Below are positions 1 through 13,101 of a DNA stretch of 64,000 nucleotides, in pieces (positions within the stretch are counted from its first letter, which is position 1; each line of letters opens with the position of its first letter). The notes under the pieces are model-generated. The model made no database searches. It worked only from the letters and a program-made list of their open reading frames with translations, and was not told the origin of the DNA. Origin of the DNA: Octopus vulgaris (Eukaryota); assembly GCA_951406725.2 (NCBI GenBank), contig OX597817.1:31620001-31684000 (forward strand), written 5' to 3'. Made by a program: the position numbers and the translations under genes.

Positions 1-482
1 CAGTTCAGAAGTCAACGAGAACTGATTGTGCTTAAGTTGATATTTGTTATGAAGGCGTGTAATAAGTGCTTGTTTTAATCTAACAGAAAACGGAAATTAA
101 TATCTATCACCCTTATTCCTGCAAAAGTGTAGATATTTTTCAGAAGCTAATATGCTTTAAAACTTAGCAAAGTAAACAAATCGAAAACCTTATATTTTTA
201 GGAATTTAATTCCCATTCTCTTCACGTTGAGACAACATATGGCATGGTTGGTTGTCTTACTATAAACAAATTATTTTAAGAGGATCGACGGATTGTTTTG
301 TAATGGATCTTGGTTTTGTGGTACAAGAAATATATAATCACTGAAAATCATGAAAGTTGTTTTATAAACATTCTCTTCAGAAAGATATCATTAACGGCAG
401 ATCTTGCCAGGTCTCTTGCGATTTCAAAAGCTACAGGTTCGCTCTTCTCTACATGAGGCGAATCTGAAACGAACACAGAAAC

Positions 483-853
<371 letters not shown>

Positions 854-1470
854 TGGCTCCATCACCTTTACCCATTCTAACAATTAATTTTTTTTTAAAA
901 TAATGACTGGGGAAAAAAAAAAGATTTTAAACGAAATGGAAATTTAATTTCGCTTTCGGAAACTGGCATTTTCATTTGGGACTACCTCCGAATTTTTGGT
1001 TAACGTAACCGTGAGCAGTTGTTTTGTCTAATATTTTTCTGAAATAAATGAAACTGAATGTTTAAAATCCCAGCTGCGAGATGTTAAGTAAAATCTCGGC
1101 TTATTTAACTCCATATGAACTTCATTTTGTATCTCAAGATTAGCAGCAAATTCTCGAGTAACGTATTTTGATAATGAGACCTTATGTATAGCCACATTAT
1201 TCTAAAGTTCTGCTACGATACTCAACGCCATCTTTGCGTCTCTCAAATCCTCACTGAAATGTTAGTCAAGAGTCAGTTGGTCACTTGGACAAGTATAATC
1301 TCTGACCTATATCACAGTTGTGAGCAGAATTGAGTCATTGAAAAAGTTATGACTTCGTATACATAGAAAATAATACCCTGGCTTCCTGTTTACTCGGTTT
1401 TCAAGCAATCATTTGAGGAATCCTTACTAACTATTCGATAATTAAGATAGTTATACTTTACCTTCTTTGT

Positions 1471-1845
1471 GAAGGCGCATGGCTCAGTGGTTAGAGTGTC
1501 GAACTTACGATCGTGAGGTGAGTTCGATTCTCGGATCGGGCTGCGCGTTGTGTTCTTGAGCAAGACATCATTTCACGTTACTCCAGTTAACTCAGCAGTA
1601 GAAATGAGTTGCGACGTCACTGGTGCCAAGCTGTATCGGCCTTTGCCTTTTCCTTGGATAACATCGGTGGCGTGGAGAGGGTAGGGGGGTATGCATGGGC
1701 GACTGCTGGTCTTCCATAAGAAGTTGTGCGTTTGCCGGTGAGGTGACTTTCCACCCAGACTTGTACCCAGGAAGGGAAACTTTTAGGTGCACCCATGATA
1801 ATTAGTGACCGAACGGAGTCGAGTTGAGAGTTTTACTTTACCTTT
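1471..1845 (+). mobile_element. tRNA-derived SINE (family D here)
   Basis: Head GGCGCATGGCTCAGTGGTTAGAG (A box) and GTTCGATTC (B box), followed by a body and a TTTACCTTT-type tail. Related heads at 54718-54980 (-) and about 55560-55790. Confidence 0.8.
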
Positions 1846-3343
1846 AGATTCCATTAACACGAATCTAAAGATATATGCACTTTTGTACACGAATCTAAAT
1901 GTACATGCACATGCACTTTTGACAGAAGAAATTAGTGATAATTTAGCAGTAACATTTTTTATTCTATGTATTTTCTTATTTACTCCAGAAGCCTTTACAA
2001 GATTAGTGGAGTTTTTCTTTTTCTGCATTTCCCCAGAGAGCCAGCTGAGTGGGTAGCGATTCTATTTTTTAGATACTCAGATATCACAAGTTACTAAACA
2101 ATTCACCCAATACACACTGTGATGCATAGTTCTTTCTTTTTCTTTTTTTAACAAAATCAAAATTCTGTTTTTGTAATGTGGGAGGACTAAGAAAGTAATT
2201 CTACCAAATCGAAATTTTAGTACCCAAACCCTTCTAAACTGTTGATAGGAAATATCAATCTTAGCCCATATTTTGTCCTTATTGACTTGACGGCCATAAA
2301 ATATACACCTAAAAAAATTAAATTTATCAGATTATTTTTCTATTTTATCTTATTTTATTTAGTTTCAGCTCACAAGCTGTGGCCATGCTGGGGCACAGCC
2401 ATTTATATTTTAATAAAGATGAAATTTTTTTAGCTTTTGTATCATGAACATATGTAAATGGAACGCTGCACCCCTGAGAGTTTAAATATTTCTAATTTAT
2501 CTTAATAAGGTCCAACAATCATAAAATCAATTTGAGTAAATACTGAAATTGATTATCACATGAGATCGATGCCAACACCGAAAATAGATTGGAGAAAAAA
2601 ATGTATCAATGGTCGGCATAGAAGCAAAGCACGAAATAGGAGAACAGTAAATAAATAAGAGACTGTATAATTCAATATATTGTTAGTTGGCCTAATTTGC
2701 CAAAGGTCTTCGTTTTATTTGGTGTTTTGTGTTTGGTATATATTGATGACTGTCTTGCAAATTTTTTGAATTTTATGACATCTTAATAAGCATATTCCCT
2801 TCAATATAACTAGCAACATCCATCTTTATCATGCAGCTGTACAAATTGGGTTTCGTATCATCTTCATTAGTAGTACATTGTCTTCAAGCATTGGTACGAG
2901 AGTTACTGTGTCAAATACTTATATTAACTGTGATATATAACTTGGCATTTACTTGTGTTGGATTTTATTATTTATATTAAATATAAATAGATTTCAATCT
3001 CGAGTTGTTATTGTTACAGAACAGCTCCCATCAACTTGGCCATGAAAAGGCATAAAAATTAAATGCGACTTTTCTTTCCAATTATATTGAAACTGAAGCT
3101 GTAACAGTTAAGAATTCCTGTTTCATTCTTTAAGAGTTTCGATGCAATATTTTGTAAAGTAAGCTTTGTTCAGGCCTGTCACTTATAGCTTGAAAATTAA
3201 TGTATCATTTCTTGACTCATCGGAAACAGTCAGTAATAAAATTCGAAGTCATATATTTCGCTCACAGGTACTATAAATTCCTCAGAACTCTGAAAATTGC
3301 CGTTTCAAGTTGCTTTCCCCACATTTTATTTTTTGTTTTGCAG

Positions 3344-3417
3344 GGAGCTAATCTCTCAATGCGCACGCGCACTATCCTGTTTGTACAACACACAAGAGTG
3401 GAGGTTTCTCCCGTGGT
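3344..3417 (+). CDS. Candidate upstream coding exon of the Mox gene (tentative)
   Basis: Polypyrimidine acceptor ttttttgttttgcag| at 3343 and donor |gtaagc at 3418. The frame ELISQCARALSCLYNTQEWRFLPW is open and ends in phase 1, matching the phase-1 acceptor at 4323. No homology recognised. Confidence 0.25.
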
Positions 3418-4322
3418 GTAAGCAGACAAAAGAGCGCGTGTTTTTTCTAGCACTCCTGCAAACGTCTGATGTTTCTGAGCTACAGAACCTACCATCGTAT
3501 CTTTTTACTAAAGGCAGTGGGTTTGTCTGTTAAAATATTTACACAAGCTTCAGGATACATGATTTGAGGGACATTTGGGTGATTCATACCGAAAATATAG
3601 AAACAGCTCGTCTTCTTTCCGCTGCCTCTCCCTTCTCTCTCTATCGCCCGCCCCACATTTCATTTTATTTATTATTATTTTACTTTTGACTTTTAAGGTT
3701 TCCTAATTCACAAAACAGCCTGTTCGAAACTTGAAATATCTTTAGTGTCACTAAGATGTTTTTCTTTTCGTTTGATTTCCTCTTAGTTTTCAAAAGTTTT
3801 TTACTTTCGCTACTTTTCGTCTTCTTTTTAATGAACCCGAAACAAGTAAACAAAGGATAGGGAAGTGAAATGTTATTAAAGAGTTATAGTTTATTGGACC
3901 CACGAATATTTATGGCTGCACTTATTTTTATATTTTTCAAATTGCTGGAGGTGTTGTTGATTTATTATTAGGATCAACCTAGAAACCTTTTGAACGTTCT
4001 CATTTTTACACTATTTGTATTACTAGTATTTCATCGTGTAAAGTACAAGGAGTGTATGATAAAGCAACAAATACTATAGCAAATATTTCTACCAAAAATA
4101 TTACTGCTTTCATACGAAAGAGGGGAAATGTGTCAGTGTTTGCAGAAAATATATTTACATTATGCAAGGTCATTGCCAAAGAAAGTAACATTTGTCTTTA
4201 TTCAAAATGAAGAATTATTTCTAAATATTTACTCATATTTCCATTTTCTCTGCTCGGTCTGTTAATCTATTATTGACACTTTAAAAATATATAAATTATG
4301 TACTTTTTTTTAATTCTTTCAG

Positions 4323-4498
4323 ACGATGCAGCATCAGATTCATTCAAATTAAACTTCAATGTGAAACCTAGAAAAGAGAGGACAGCTTTTACGAAAAATC
4401 AAATACGCGAATTAGAAAATGAATTTTCACGACAAAATTATTTGACCAGATTAAGACGTTATGAAATTGCTGTGTCTTTGAGTCTAACAGAAAGACAG
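4323..4498 (+). CDS. Mox: Mox/Meox homeobox protein, exon with homeodomain residues 1-44
   Basis: Acceptor ttctttcag|. Translation [58 protein letters not shown], with donor |gtaaga at 4499. [10 protein letters not shown]...[13 protein letters not shown] is diagnostic for Mox/Meox. Confidence 0.95.
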
Positions 4499-4900
4499 GT
4501 AAGAAGAATTCTTTGGCGTACGCATAGATACACAAACGCAGGGTGGTATTGTAAAATCCCTGTTTAACTACGATGAATTCAAGAAAAACATGATACCGAT
4601 TTTTTTTTTTAGAGTTTAACAAATGAAATTACCAATTTAGCTTATTTAGAAAATTTTTATTAAGTGACGGCAAACATAACTTAACAATATAAAAGCATTA
4701 TTGAAAAATTTTCAGCCCACAATAAAAAAAAAATCCTTGTGATTAGAAGAATTGTATATGAATTATATATTTCAGTGACTTTGACGAATCGTATCTTCCA
4801 CACGCTCATAAATAACCCTATATAACTGTTTGAGCATATTAATATCCACTCGTTGTATTTCAAAGGAAATTACTAATGAAAAAATAAATAGTTGAGCGAA

Positions 4901-5430
4901 ATCGTAGTCGTGGCCGTTGACAGTGCCGCCGGACTGACACCTGTGCCAGTGCCGCCTGATTGGCACGTAAAAATTATCATTCGAGCGTGACTTATGCCAG
5001 TGCCGCCTGACTGGCACCCATGCCGGTGGACGTAATATATAAACAATTCTTGAGCATTACTTATTAAAAAAAACACCTTTTTTAACTGTAACCCCACTTC
5101 AAACATGAATGAATCCCTTTTATCCTCTTGTTCTGTTATGTTCCCTCTCCCAGACCTCATTCTAATCACTATGTTTACTTTTTTCCCCTGGCACTTGTGC
5201 CGGTGACATGTGTAAAAACATTCGAGCGAGGTTGTTGCCAGTACCGCCTGACTGGCACGGGGGCCAGTCAGGCGTCAGTGGTTGACGTTAGGAAGGACAT
5301 CCAGCTGTAGAAACTCTGCCAGATCAAGACTAGAGCCTGGTGCAGCCATCTGGTTCGCCAGCCCTCAGTCAAATCGTCCAATCATGCTAGCATTGAAAGC
5401 GGACGTTAAACGATGATGATGATGATGATG
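4901..5430 (+). mobile_element. Retroposon (family E) fragments with internal GCCAGTGCCGCCTGACTGGCAC repeats and a (GAT)n tail
   Basis: Two blocks, 4901-5033 and 5185-5430. The second ends ...GGACGTTAAACGATGATGATG. A related copy lies at 10265-10636. Confidence 0.7.
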
Positions 5431-6457
5431 AACATCAGCCCTCCAGGATTTTTACTGCAAGTGCAGACTCGTAATAGCTTAAACGGAGCGTTGATGTGAT
5501 CAGAATTGCCGAGGTGGAGGTGGTGGAGACACTACACTGGCCATGGGCACGGTCCTTTCGAGACCCAGCGTGTAAAGCAAGAAAACACGAATAGAGTATT
5601 CGGTTTCTGGAGTTGAAATATTTGTACTAACAGTTTGATTCGATCATTATTTGAAGATTCATAGATGTTGCGAGCATGCCTGATCGCTCAACGCTTACGT
5701 CTGAGAGTCAAATTTACTGAGATGATATCTAAATTTGAAAGGGAGCTTTTACGTTTTCACTGATTAATAGTGACAAAGTTGTTAAGTGACAACAGCAACA
5801 TCATATTAAAATAAAAGCCTTCTTAATTGAATTGTAAAAGAAACGTGTGTGTGTGTGTGTGTGTGTGTGTACTTGGGTGTAATCTACTGGCTACACCTCT
5901 CTTGCTTCCTGCACTTAGCATCTTGCCCATGAGAAGTTCGGTGAAAACAACGCTGCATATATTCTGCATTGCCTTCGACGGTGTCTTACTCGAGAACTAC
6001 AAAACTAAATTACCCACAAAGCATTCTATCAGTCTCCCCCTTTTTAAAGGTCTCTTTTCTGTTTGAATAAATTTAGAAGCAAGGCCAACAGCAAATCTTT
6101 AAACTGGTCTGCCTACCTAGAAAGACATTTGTGTCTCCCAGTAATATAGGGATCTTTCATCAATTTCATCGATGAGAGGCGCAGTTGTTCGATCATTTGA
6201 CCTGTCTACCCATTAAATTATATTCACGGAGATGTGGACCCTCAACGTAATTCATATGCAGAAATAACCCTTTGAATTACAAATCTATACCATTCGATAG
6301 GCTCGTAAACTTTCTATCGACTCAGTTTCACTCCCATAGCTTGGGTCAACTCAAGATTTTGTTCCTTTGAATCCTTCCTCTAAAATTTGATACCTTTTCA
6401 TTTTCCTCTGTCTACCCTTCTTCCAACTTCACTCGAATCTTAAATGTGTCAATTCAC

Positions 6458-6460
<3 letters not shown>

Positions 6461-6543
<83 letters not shown>
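6461..6543. repeat. (TC)n(TA)n microsatellite
   Basis: Direct observation. Confidence 0.95.
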
Positions 6544-6546
<3 letters not shown>

Positions 6547-7306
6547 TCTGTCTAATGAAAGAGCTCTACTTAAAACTGCACACCTCCCGGCATAAAATTC
6601 ATTCCACTATTTGTACTACTTTTTGCCGAAGAAAAGTATCACTAGTTTCTTCCGATTCTACAAATCTGCTATAGCAACAGACACAAAAAGTACATTGGGA
6701 TTCAACCTAAGATCTCATGACTCTGAAGCAAATTTCATAACCACTTGGATTTGCATCTGCGGCGTGTGTGTTTGTAAACATATAATGTAGCCGTTCGGAA
6801 CAAGCGAAGATAAGGACTTGATGCGTTTTGATTGATTAAATCCTTCAAGGTGGCTGGTACTCAAGTATGATTGCATTCTATGCACACACATACACACACA
6901 AGACGGCTTTCTGTGCAGTTCTCGTGTATCAAATCAGCCCATAAGGAATTGTTCCACCCTGGGCCATCTTGGAAGATATTTACCCGAGATGTTGCGCAGT
7001 GGGACGGAAGTAAAAACAATGTACCATGCGCATGTCGTGTGTGTGTGTGTGTGCACACGTGCATGCGTGCGTGTGTTTATGTGTATTTACATTGTATAGA
7101 ACACACAAAATTCACGTGATTTGCTACATTTACATAATTAATATAACATAAACGATTCATTCACCTACTTTTTCGTTGAAATTTACTATACATCGTTCTG
7201 TTTGTTTAATACTTCATACGTATTTCCCTTACCTGGCATTTTATATTTCTGAAATTTTGCTGTTTGTTACTCTGTATAAATAGCTAACTAGTCGTTCTTG
7301 CTTCCT

Positions 7307-7441
7307 AACATCAGGATAGCCCAGTTAAGGCTGATCTAATAACATCAGGATAGCCCAGTTAAGGCTGATCTAATAACATCAGGATAGCCCAGTTAAGGCT
7401 GATCTAATAACATTAGGATAGCCCAGTTAAGGCTGATCTAA
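7307..7441. repeat. Tandem repeat, 34-bp unit x4
   Basis: AACATCAGGATAGCCCAGTTAAGGCTGATCTAAT repeated with a 34-bp period. Confidence 0.95.
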
Positions 7442-7497
7442 CCATGAACATCACTTTTATTTAGGGTTATCTATGTTGCTGTCTTAATACTATAGGA

Positions 7498-7632
7498 AAT
7501 ATATTTCTTTACTACCCACAAGGGGCTAAACACAGAGAGGACAAACAAGGACAGACAAATGGATTAAGTGGATCATATTGATCCTCAGTGCGTAACTGGT
7601 ACTTAATTTTATTGACCCCGAAAGGATGAAAG
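7498..7632 (-). mobile_element. 5'-truncated SINE (family B) with 17-bp TSD
   Basis: Body matches other family B copies. GTCTTAATACTATAGGA occurs at both 7481-7497 and 7633-7649. Confidence 0.88.
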
Positions 7633-8611
7633 GTCTTAATACTATAGGATATAATTCAAGTAAATTCGGCTGTTGTTTCTAGCAGGTTAGAAGCGACTAA
7701 TTACCTTTGATTACTAATAAGTTAGTTAACGAGATCGACAACGGAAAGGATTGTAAAGTGCTTTGCTACTTTCGCGAACAGTCTTTGAAAGCAGGTTTCA
7801 AGAAGCAACTTTTCCAGTAATCCATCCTTTAAACCACTCAGACACCGCTCCTCCTTCAATCTGTTGATAAATAACCGAAAAAATGTTATATTTTGGATAT
7901 TATAAATATTTACAGTCTGTATAATAATGTAGGGCATATTTTTAGCGAAAAACATTGCTTCAGTTCCATCACTAAAAAAGCAAAGAAGAAAAGAACATGA
8001 TAGAAAGAAAGAAAAAAAAGGAATGAAAAGAAAACACCCGAGACTGGGTTAAAGAAATTTGTTTTGAGATTGTTCAAGACTAATGTTTTCCTCATGATTT
8101 TCATATATATCTGCTTCTGGAACCGAATCAGCAGACGGTTACAGAACGGCGTATCTTATTTCTCAGCATCGTCTTAATTATTCTAAAACCGAGAAACATG
8201 AAGGCGTCAAGAGTCTCTGAAAATGCACTTCAGGTGTTTTACGCTTCACTAAGCCCCGAACATATAATATTTGGGTCCGGCTTTTCAATTAAAGTTCTTT
8301 TTGTTGTATTCCAACAACGTACAGTTGCAATATTGTAGACCATACATTCTTTCAGCATCGTTGGATTTCTCAAATGGCAATTTTGAAGTTAAATATTTGA
8401 ATGTCTTGCACAACGGAAAATGGTTGTAATGGCTTTCGTTTCATGTTCGTCATTTTATATTTTAAGTGCTGATCAATGCAGGGTTATTTAACAAGTAAAG
8501 CTGTAATTTATATATAGGACTTTTGTCGAGTATCTTGCTACTCTTGAGTTTCACTTGTGTTTACAAAGTCATCAGGCAAGTGTGTGTGTATGTATGTATG
8601 TGTATATATAT

Positions 8612-8672
<61 letters not shown>

Positions 8673-8715
8673 CATACATGTATGTATGTATGTATGTATG
8701 TGTGTATGTATGTAT

Positions 8716-8909
8716 AGGGAGAATTCACGAAAAAAAAAGACAAAAGACGAAGACAGGTGGTGTAGAAAACAAACAGATGTATTAGTATAATGCTCAGGAA
8801 TTGAAAAAGTCTTTTACGTTTCGAGCCTACGCTCTTCCACAGAGAGGACTACAGAAAGAAACAAGGAGAGAAAAAAATGTGTTTAGTGGCTACCGATCTA
8901 TCATGGCGA
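8716..8909 (-). mobile_element. Short (TA)n-embedded PLE-like element carrying a minimal hammerhead-like motif (8810-8847)
   Basis: Near-identical to 47248-47458 and 50507-50690. The minus strand reads CTGTGGA-A-GAGC-GTAG-GCTC-GAAA-C-GTA. Confidence 0.7.
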
Positions 8910-9700
8910 TATATATATATATATATATATATAATGGAGCTAAATAATTAAAAATCCTATGCTCAAGGTATGAAATATGAATTTCTACTCGAGTATTAAA
9001 TGAGCATTTATTACATGAATAGAGATTTCCTATGGAATACCTATTTAGATTTGTATAAAGGATTTAAGATAAGGGTGGCACCTATGGAAACTACTCTCTA
9101 GTAACATCATTGCTTTTATCATTCGGTGGATGAGCTAGAAAATTTGTATTCGTTGGGTAAAATTAACGATTATTAATATCAACCATTCAATGGGGGGGGG
9201 AATGTCGGGTTGGCATCAATAGTTTACACGTGGGTATTTTAAATAGACAGACAGATAGAATATTCACACATGTAAAATTTAGATATACTAGTCGACAGTT
9301 ATGAACAGCTCAGCGTAGGACAAAAATCAACTTGCGATATAATAAACATATCTATTCACTCTACCCAATATACTTTAGTTCTATATCAGGTGATGTTTGA
9401 ACTATGTGAAGTAAATTTTAATATATTTTACAGCTCTTAAAGTGGCAAGCTGGCAGAATCGCTAGCACGCCGGGTAAAATGCTTAGCGGCATTTCGCCCG
9501 TCTTTACATACGCATACGTGTATTGAACCATTTTGGTTTTTCCTTTGCATGCAGCCAGTGTTGTATATTCATATAGCGCAACAGACAACAATCTAAAACT
9601 CAACAGCAAATTTTTGTGATGATGATGATGATGATTTTATCTAAAACAAGAAATAATTTAGTACATTTACTAAAGTTGCTTCTTTTTGTTTCTGTTACAG

Positions 9701-9826
9701 GTCAAAGTGTGGTTTCAAAATCGTCGAATGAAATGGAAAAGAGTGAAAGGAACAAAACTAGTAAAAGACAAAGTTGATGGTCAAATCAAACCAATAATGG
9801 CGCCTTCGATCACATCGACGAGTTAA
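9701..9826 (+). CDS. Mox: Mox/Meox homeobox protein, terminal coding exon
   Basis: VKVWFQNRRMKWKRVKGTKLVKDKVDGQIKPIMAPSITSTS*, with TAA at 9824-9826. Contains helix-3 WFQNRR and the Mox-typical KWKRVKG. Confidence 0.95.
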   Translation, partial: VKVWFQNRRMKWKRVKGTKLVKDKVDGQIKPIMAPSITSTS

Positions 9827-10158
9827 TTTTATTAAAAAAAAAAAGATAAATTCAAAGACTTACCGAGGTTTAATCAAAGAGACAAAAATTTAAATGCATA
9901 TTTCCGAGCAAAGAAAAATGCAACAGATTTCCCAAATGAACAGAATGTGCATATATACATCCTTGTATGTAGAGATTATGTATGACTAAATGTGTATGAG
10001 TGTGCGTAAGTTAAAGGCTGCAGTTACTTAAGCTTGGTATATGTGCCAAAGGAGTCACGGTAGGGAAATACTTTGGCAATTTTCAAGAGCCATGGATATG
10101 ATTTTTTTTTTTTTACTTTTACTTTTTTACAAACATTTTACCTATTTTCTCAATATAA

Positions 10159-10164
10159 AATAAA
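10159..10164 (+). promoter_or_regulatory. Candidate polyadenylation signal of Mox
   Basis: AATAAA about 330 nt after the stop codon, followed by a T-rich tract at about 10182-10215. Confidence 0.5.
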
Positions 10165-10264
10165 AGATTAAAACAACGCAATTGTTTCTTTCTCCATTCT
10201 TTTCTTACCTTTCGTGACTTTAAAAAAGAAAAGTCAGAAACTGGAAAACTAATTAAAAGTATGT

Positions 10265-10636
10265 ATCATCATCATCATTCCAAGCTGGCATGGGTTGGAC
10301 GGTTTGACTGAAAACTGGTAAGCTGGGGAACTGCACCAGGTTCCAATCTGTTTTGGTATGGCAGTGCCGCCGGACTGACACCTGTGCCAGTGCCGCCTGA
10401 TTGGCACTTGTGCCGGTGGCACGTAAAAAGTATCATTCGAGCGTGACTTATGCCAGTGCCGCCTGACTGGCACCCATACCGGTGGACGTAAAAAGCACCT
10501 ACCTCACTCTCGGAGTGGTCGGCGTTAGGAAAGGCATCCAGCTATAGAAACCTTCCTAACGCCAACCACTCCAAGGGTGTAATGGGTGCTTTTTACGAGC
10601 CAGTTATGCGACACTGGCATCGGCCACGGCTACGAT
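10265..10636. mobile_element. Rearranged family E retroposon pieces, including an inverted repeat
   Basis: (CAT)n tail in minus orientation at 10265, a + copy at 10358-10550, and an inverted copy at 10551-10636. Confidence 0.65.
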
Positions 10637-11479
10637 CTTTGAAGAAATCTCCAAGCATGCGGACACGTGTTTATCAACTCATGTTATTTAGAAAAATAAT
10701 ATTAAGTAGGTGAAATAAACAGCAGAGATGCTTTGTCCCATGTAGAAACTGCGGGAGCTACTCAGAGGTTTGGCAAGATCTATTTAAATGTATTGCAAAG
10801 CTAGAAACCCTTCCGTATCGTCAGCAGGTATCTCAGGCTCGCAAGCATTTCGCCCCTTAGCCTGTACACTTCGCCTGAATGGAGAAGCAGTGAGGGCTGA
10901 ATAAGTCTTCAAAAGGTTCTACTTGCGGTCTCTTATCATCCATAACTATCTTAAGCTATTGTCATCTGTTATGCTCATCTCCTTGATGACTTTCTTCAGT
11001 TGTTTGGGTTTTAGACCTATCTTCTACAGGAAATAATGCACCGATCTAGCTGGAAAGCCGCAGTGAGAAATGTCTCTAGACTGAATAAATCTCGGAAATT
11101 ATGGGACAGTGAACTGATTTGCTACAAAGCAATCAGATGGGTAGAAATATTCTTTCGACTTATTCATGAAAAACAGTTACCCTGTTTGATGTTGATGCTT
11201 TTTTGCTGGGTTTTATATATATATAATTTATTTCAATTTATTGAGTAACTTGCATGCCATTTCTTTCTCAGTTACACGTTGGTGAAAGATGATTATTTGA
11301 TCCTTTTAGTAGTCTTCTACTTGGTGTGAGATGATAGTTACTAAAGTTGGCAAGCTGTATCAGTCCTTGCCTTTACTTTAGACAGCGCCAATGGCGTGGA
11401 CAGTATCGGCAACTGCTAGTCTTCCATTAAAAAAAAATTGACATGGCTCGTGTTTTAGAGAGGAACTTTCCAGGCAGAA

Positions 11480-12600
11480 GCCCATTTGCTAAGAAGAGAT
11501 ACGGAGGCATTATGCCATCAAGTATGGTGACGTAGTCATTTATGTTTATAAGAGCATATGCTATGCGTGTGTGTGTTAAGTAATTTGGACAAGTGACAGT
11601 GACATCAATATTATAGATGGTAACGTTAGTGGACATGCTGAGAACATCCTGATGTTCATTTCGGTAAGCATGGTGACTAAGGTTATAATACACGGAAGGA
11701 ACAAAGATCGAGGCTTTAAACGTCAGTGATGCAAACCGTCCTACTTGAGAGATTAGTGATTAAACATCAGAATGAAGACACGTAACAATGTGAAAAGTGA
11801 TCGTACAAAGGGTCTCTCAGCCAGCTGTAAGTAAAAAATAATACTAAATAACGCTTATGTCGACAAAGAGACTTATAGCATTAGCAACTCTCAGAGTTAC
11901 AACGAAACAACCTGCAACGGAGCACAGGACACATCTGCAATGGAGTAACCAAGGTAACGTATCAGTGTAATGGTACAGTTGATAGTCATAAACTCTAAGA
12001 GACAGGTCATCAAAGTATGGAAGAAAAGGAGTGATTCAGGGATTAATACTATGTAATAAGCCCGATAGCAAGTATACTTAGCAAGGGAAATAAGATGCTT
12101 GCTAGCTTTTTCGTTCATTCGAAAAGCAATGCATCAATGGGAATCTGGATGTCGTTAGTAAAAAGTGCATGCGTAGTGATAGTGGTTCACTGATACTGAG
12201 GCATTGGCAAGCTGCTATGAAACATTGCGAGAAGTGTGTGTATGTAAATGAGTGAAAATGAACTCCATGTAACTCCAAAAACGCTAAGATGTTCGTACAA
12301 AGAAGCAACTACAGAGTTAGCAGCCTGATTGAACAAGCTATCAGAGTAACTGAAGAATTATAGGAAAAATAGGTTGAAGGAAAATTAGATTAGAAAAAAA
12401 CGCTCTCCACATTTCTGCCCGGATGGGGCACTTTTGATAACCATTTCCTAGTGAAACATGGAAGTTTTTAGGTATAAACAACACCAATATATTTAGCTCT
12501 TGTTGATATTGAGAAGGTTATTGGTAGGGTACCATACTTTGTGGTTTGGTGATCTCTTTTGAAAGCTATGTAAACTATGTATCAAGATGAATCTAGGTTG
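11480..12600 (+). pseudogene. Highly decayed non-LTR retrotransposon (RTE-like) ORF relic
   Basis: About 12489-12550 translates YLALVDIEKVIGRVPYFVVW, resembling the RT motif F(V/I)DLEKAFDRVP..W. It is preceded by F.PG.G.T. Boundaries approximate. Confidence 0.5.
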
Positions 12601-13020
12601 CTTGTCGGGACTCATTTCTAAGCTTCCGCCTGTTTCTTATACTTCTTCAGGTCATAACAGAGAAGTTTAAAGATCACTCTGAAATGAAATTATTTTCCCT
12701 TCCAGAAAGAATAGCCAATCGCTTCGTGGCAGGTTGGTAATTATCATGTTTAGATAAGCTCAAGATTTCTCCAAAATTTTCATGCGGTTAAAGTAAATAG
12801 TCTGATTTCTGAAGACATGAGGAAATCTGCAGACACATATTTCTGCCTCAGTAGCTGTCATCAGCAAAGCAACTGTCGAGCCTTACCTTCAGGAGAAGAA
12901 ACAGACTTAAGAAAAGATCTGGAACAAATTTGGGGCCTGGGTTATTTGCATAAATGAAGCGAAAATGAGCTAAGGGAAGTAACACGGAGTGTCCAGTGGC
13001 GTGTATTTGAACAACACATT

Positions 13021-13101
13021 TGAATAAGATTAAATTGGTAAAGTTATGAATAAGATTAAATTGGTAAAGTTATGAATAAGATTAAATTGGTAAAGTTATG
13101 A
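13021..13101. repeat. Tandem repeat, 26-bp unit x3
   Basis: TGAATAAGATTAAATTGGTAAAGTTA x3. Confidence 0.95.

Larger units (their letters stand above)
4499..9700 (+). other. Mox: 5.2-kb GT-AG intron of Mox between homeodomain Q44 and V45 (phase 0)
   Basis: Boundaries gtaaga...tttgtttctgttacag. Joining the exons restores TERQ|VKVWFQNRRMKWKR. Confidence 0.92.

Noticed and set aside
4298-4567. ORF-track protein as a complete homeobox gene
   Set aside because: The start lies in the polypyrimidine tract, and the part after ERQ is intron read-through. The true helix 3 is at 9701.
7307-7441. 34-bp repeats as a CRISPR array (likewise 13021-13101 and 52064-52187)
   Set aside because: The units are head-to-tail with no spacers, the context is eukaryotic, and no cas genes are present.
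7722-7862. Antisense exon candidate in the Mox intron (acceptor-like caacag on the minus strand)
   Set aside because: No donor or partner exons were identified, and no homology was recognised.
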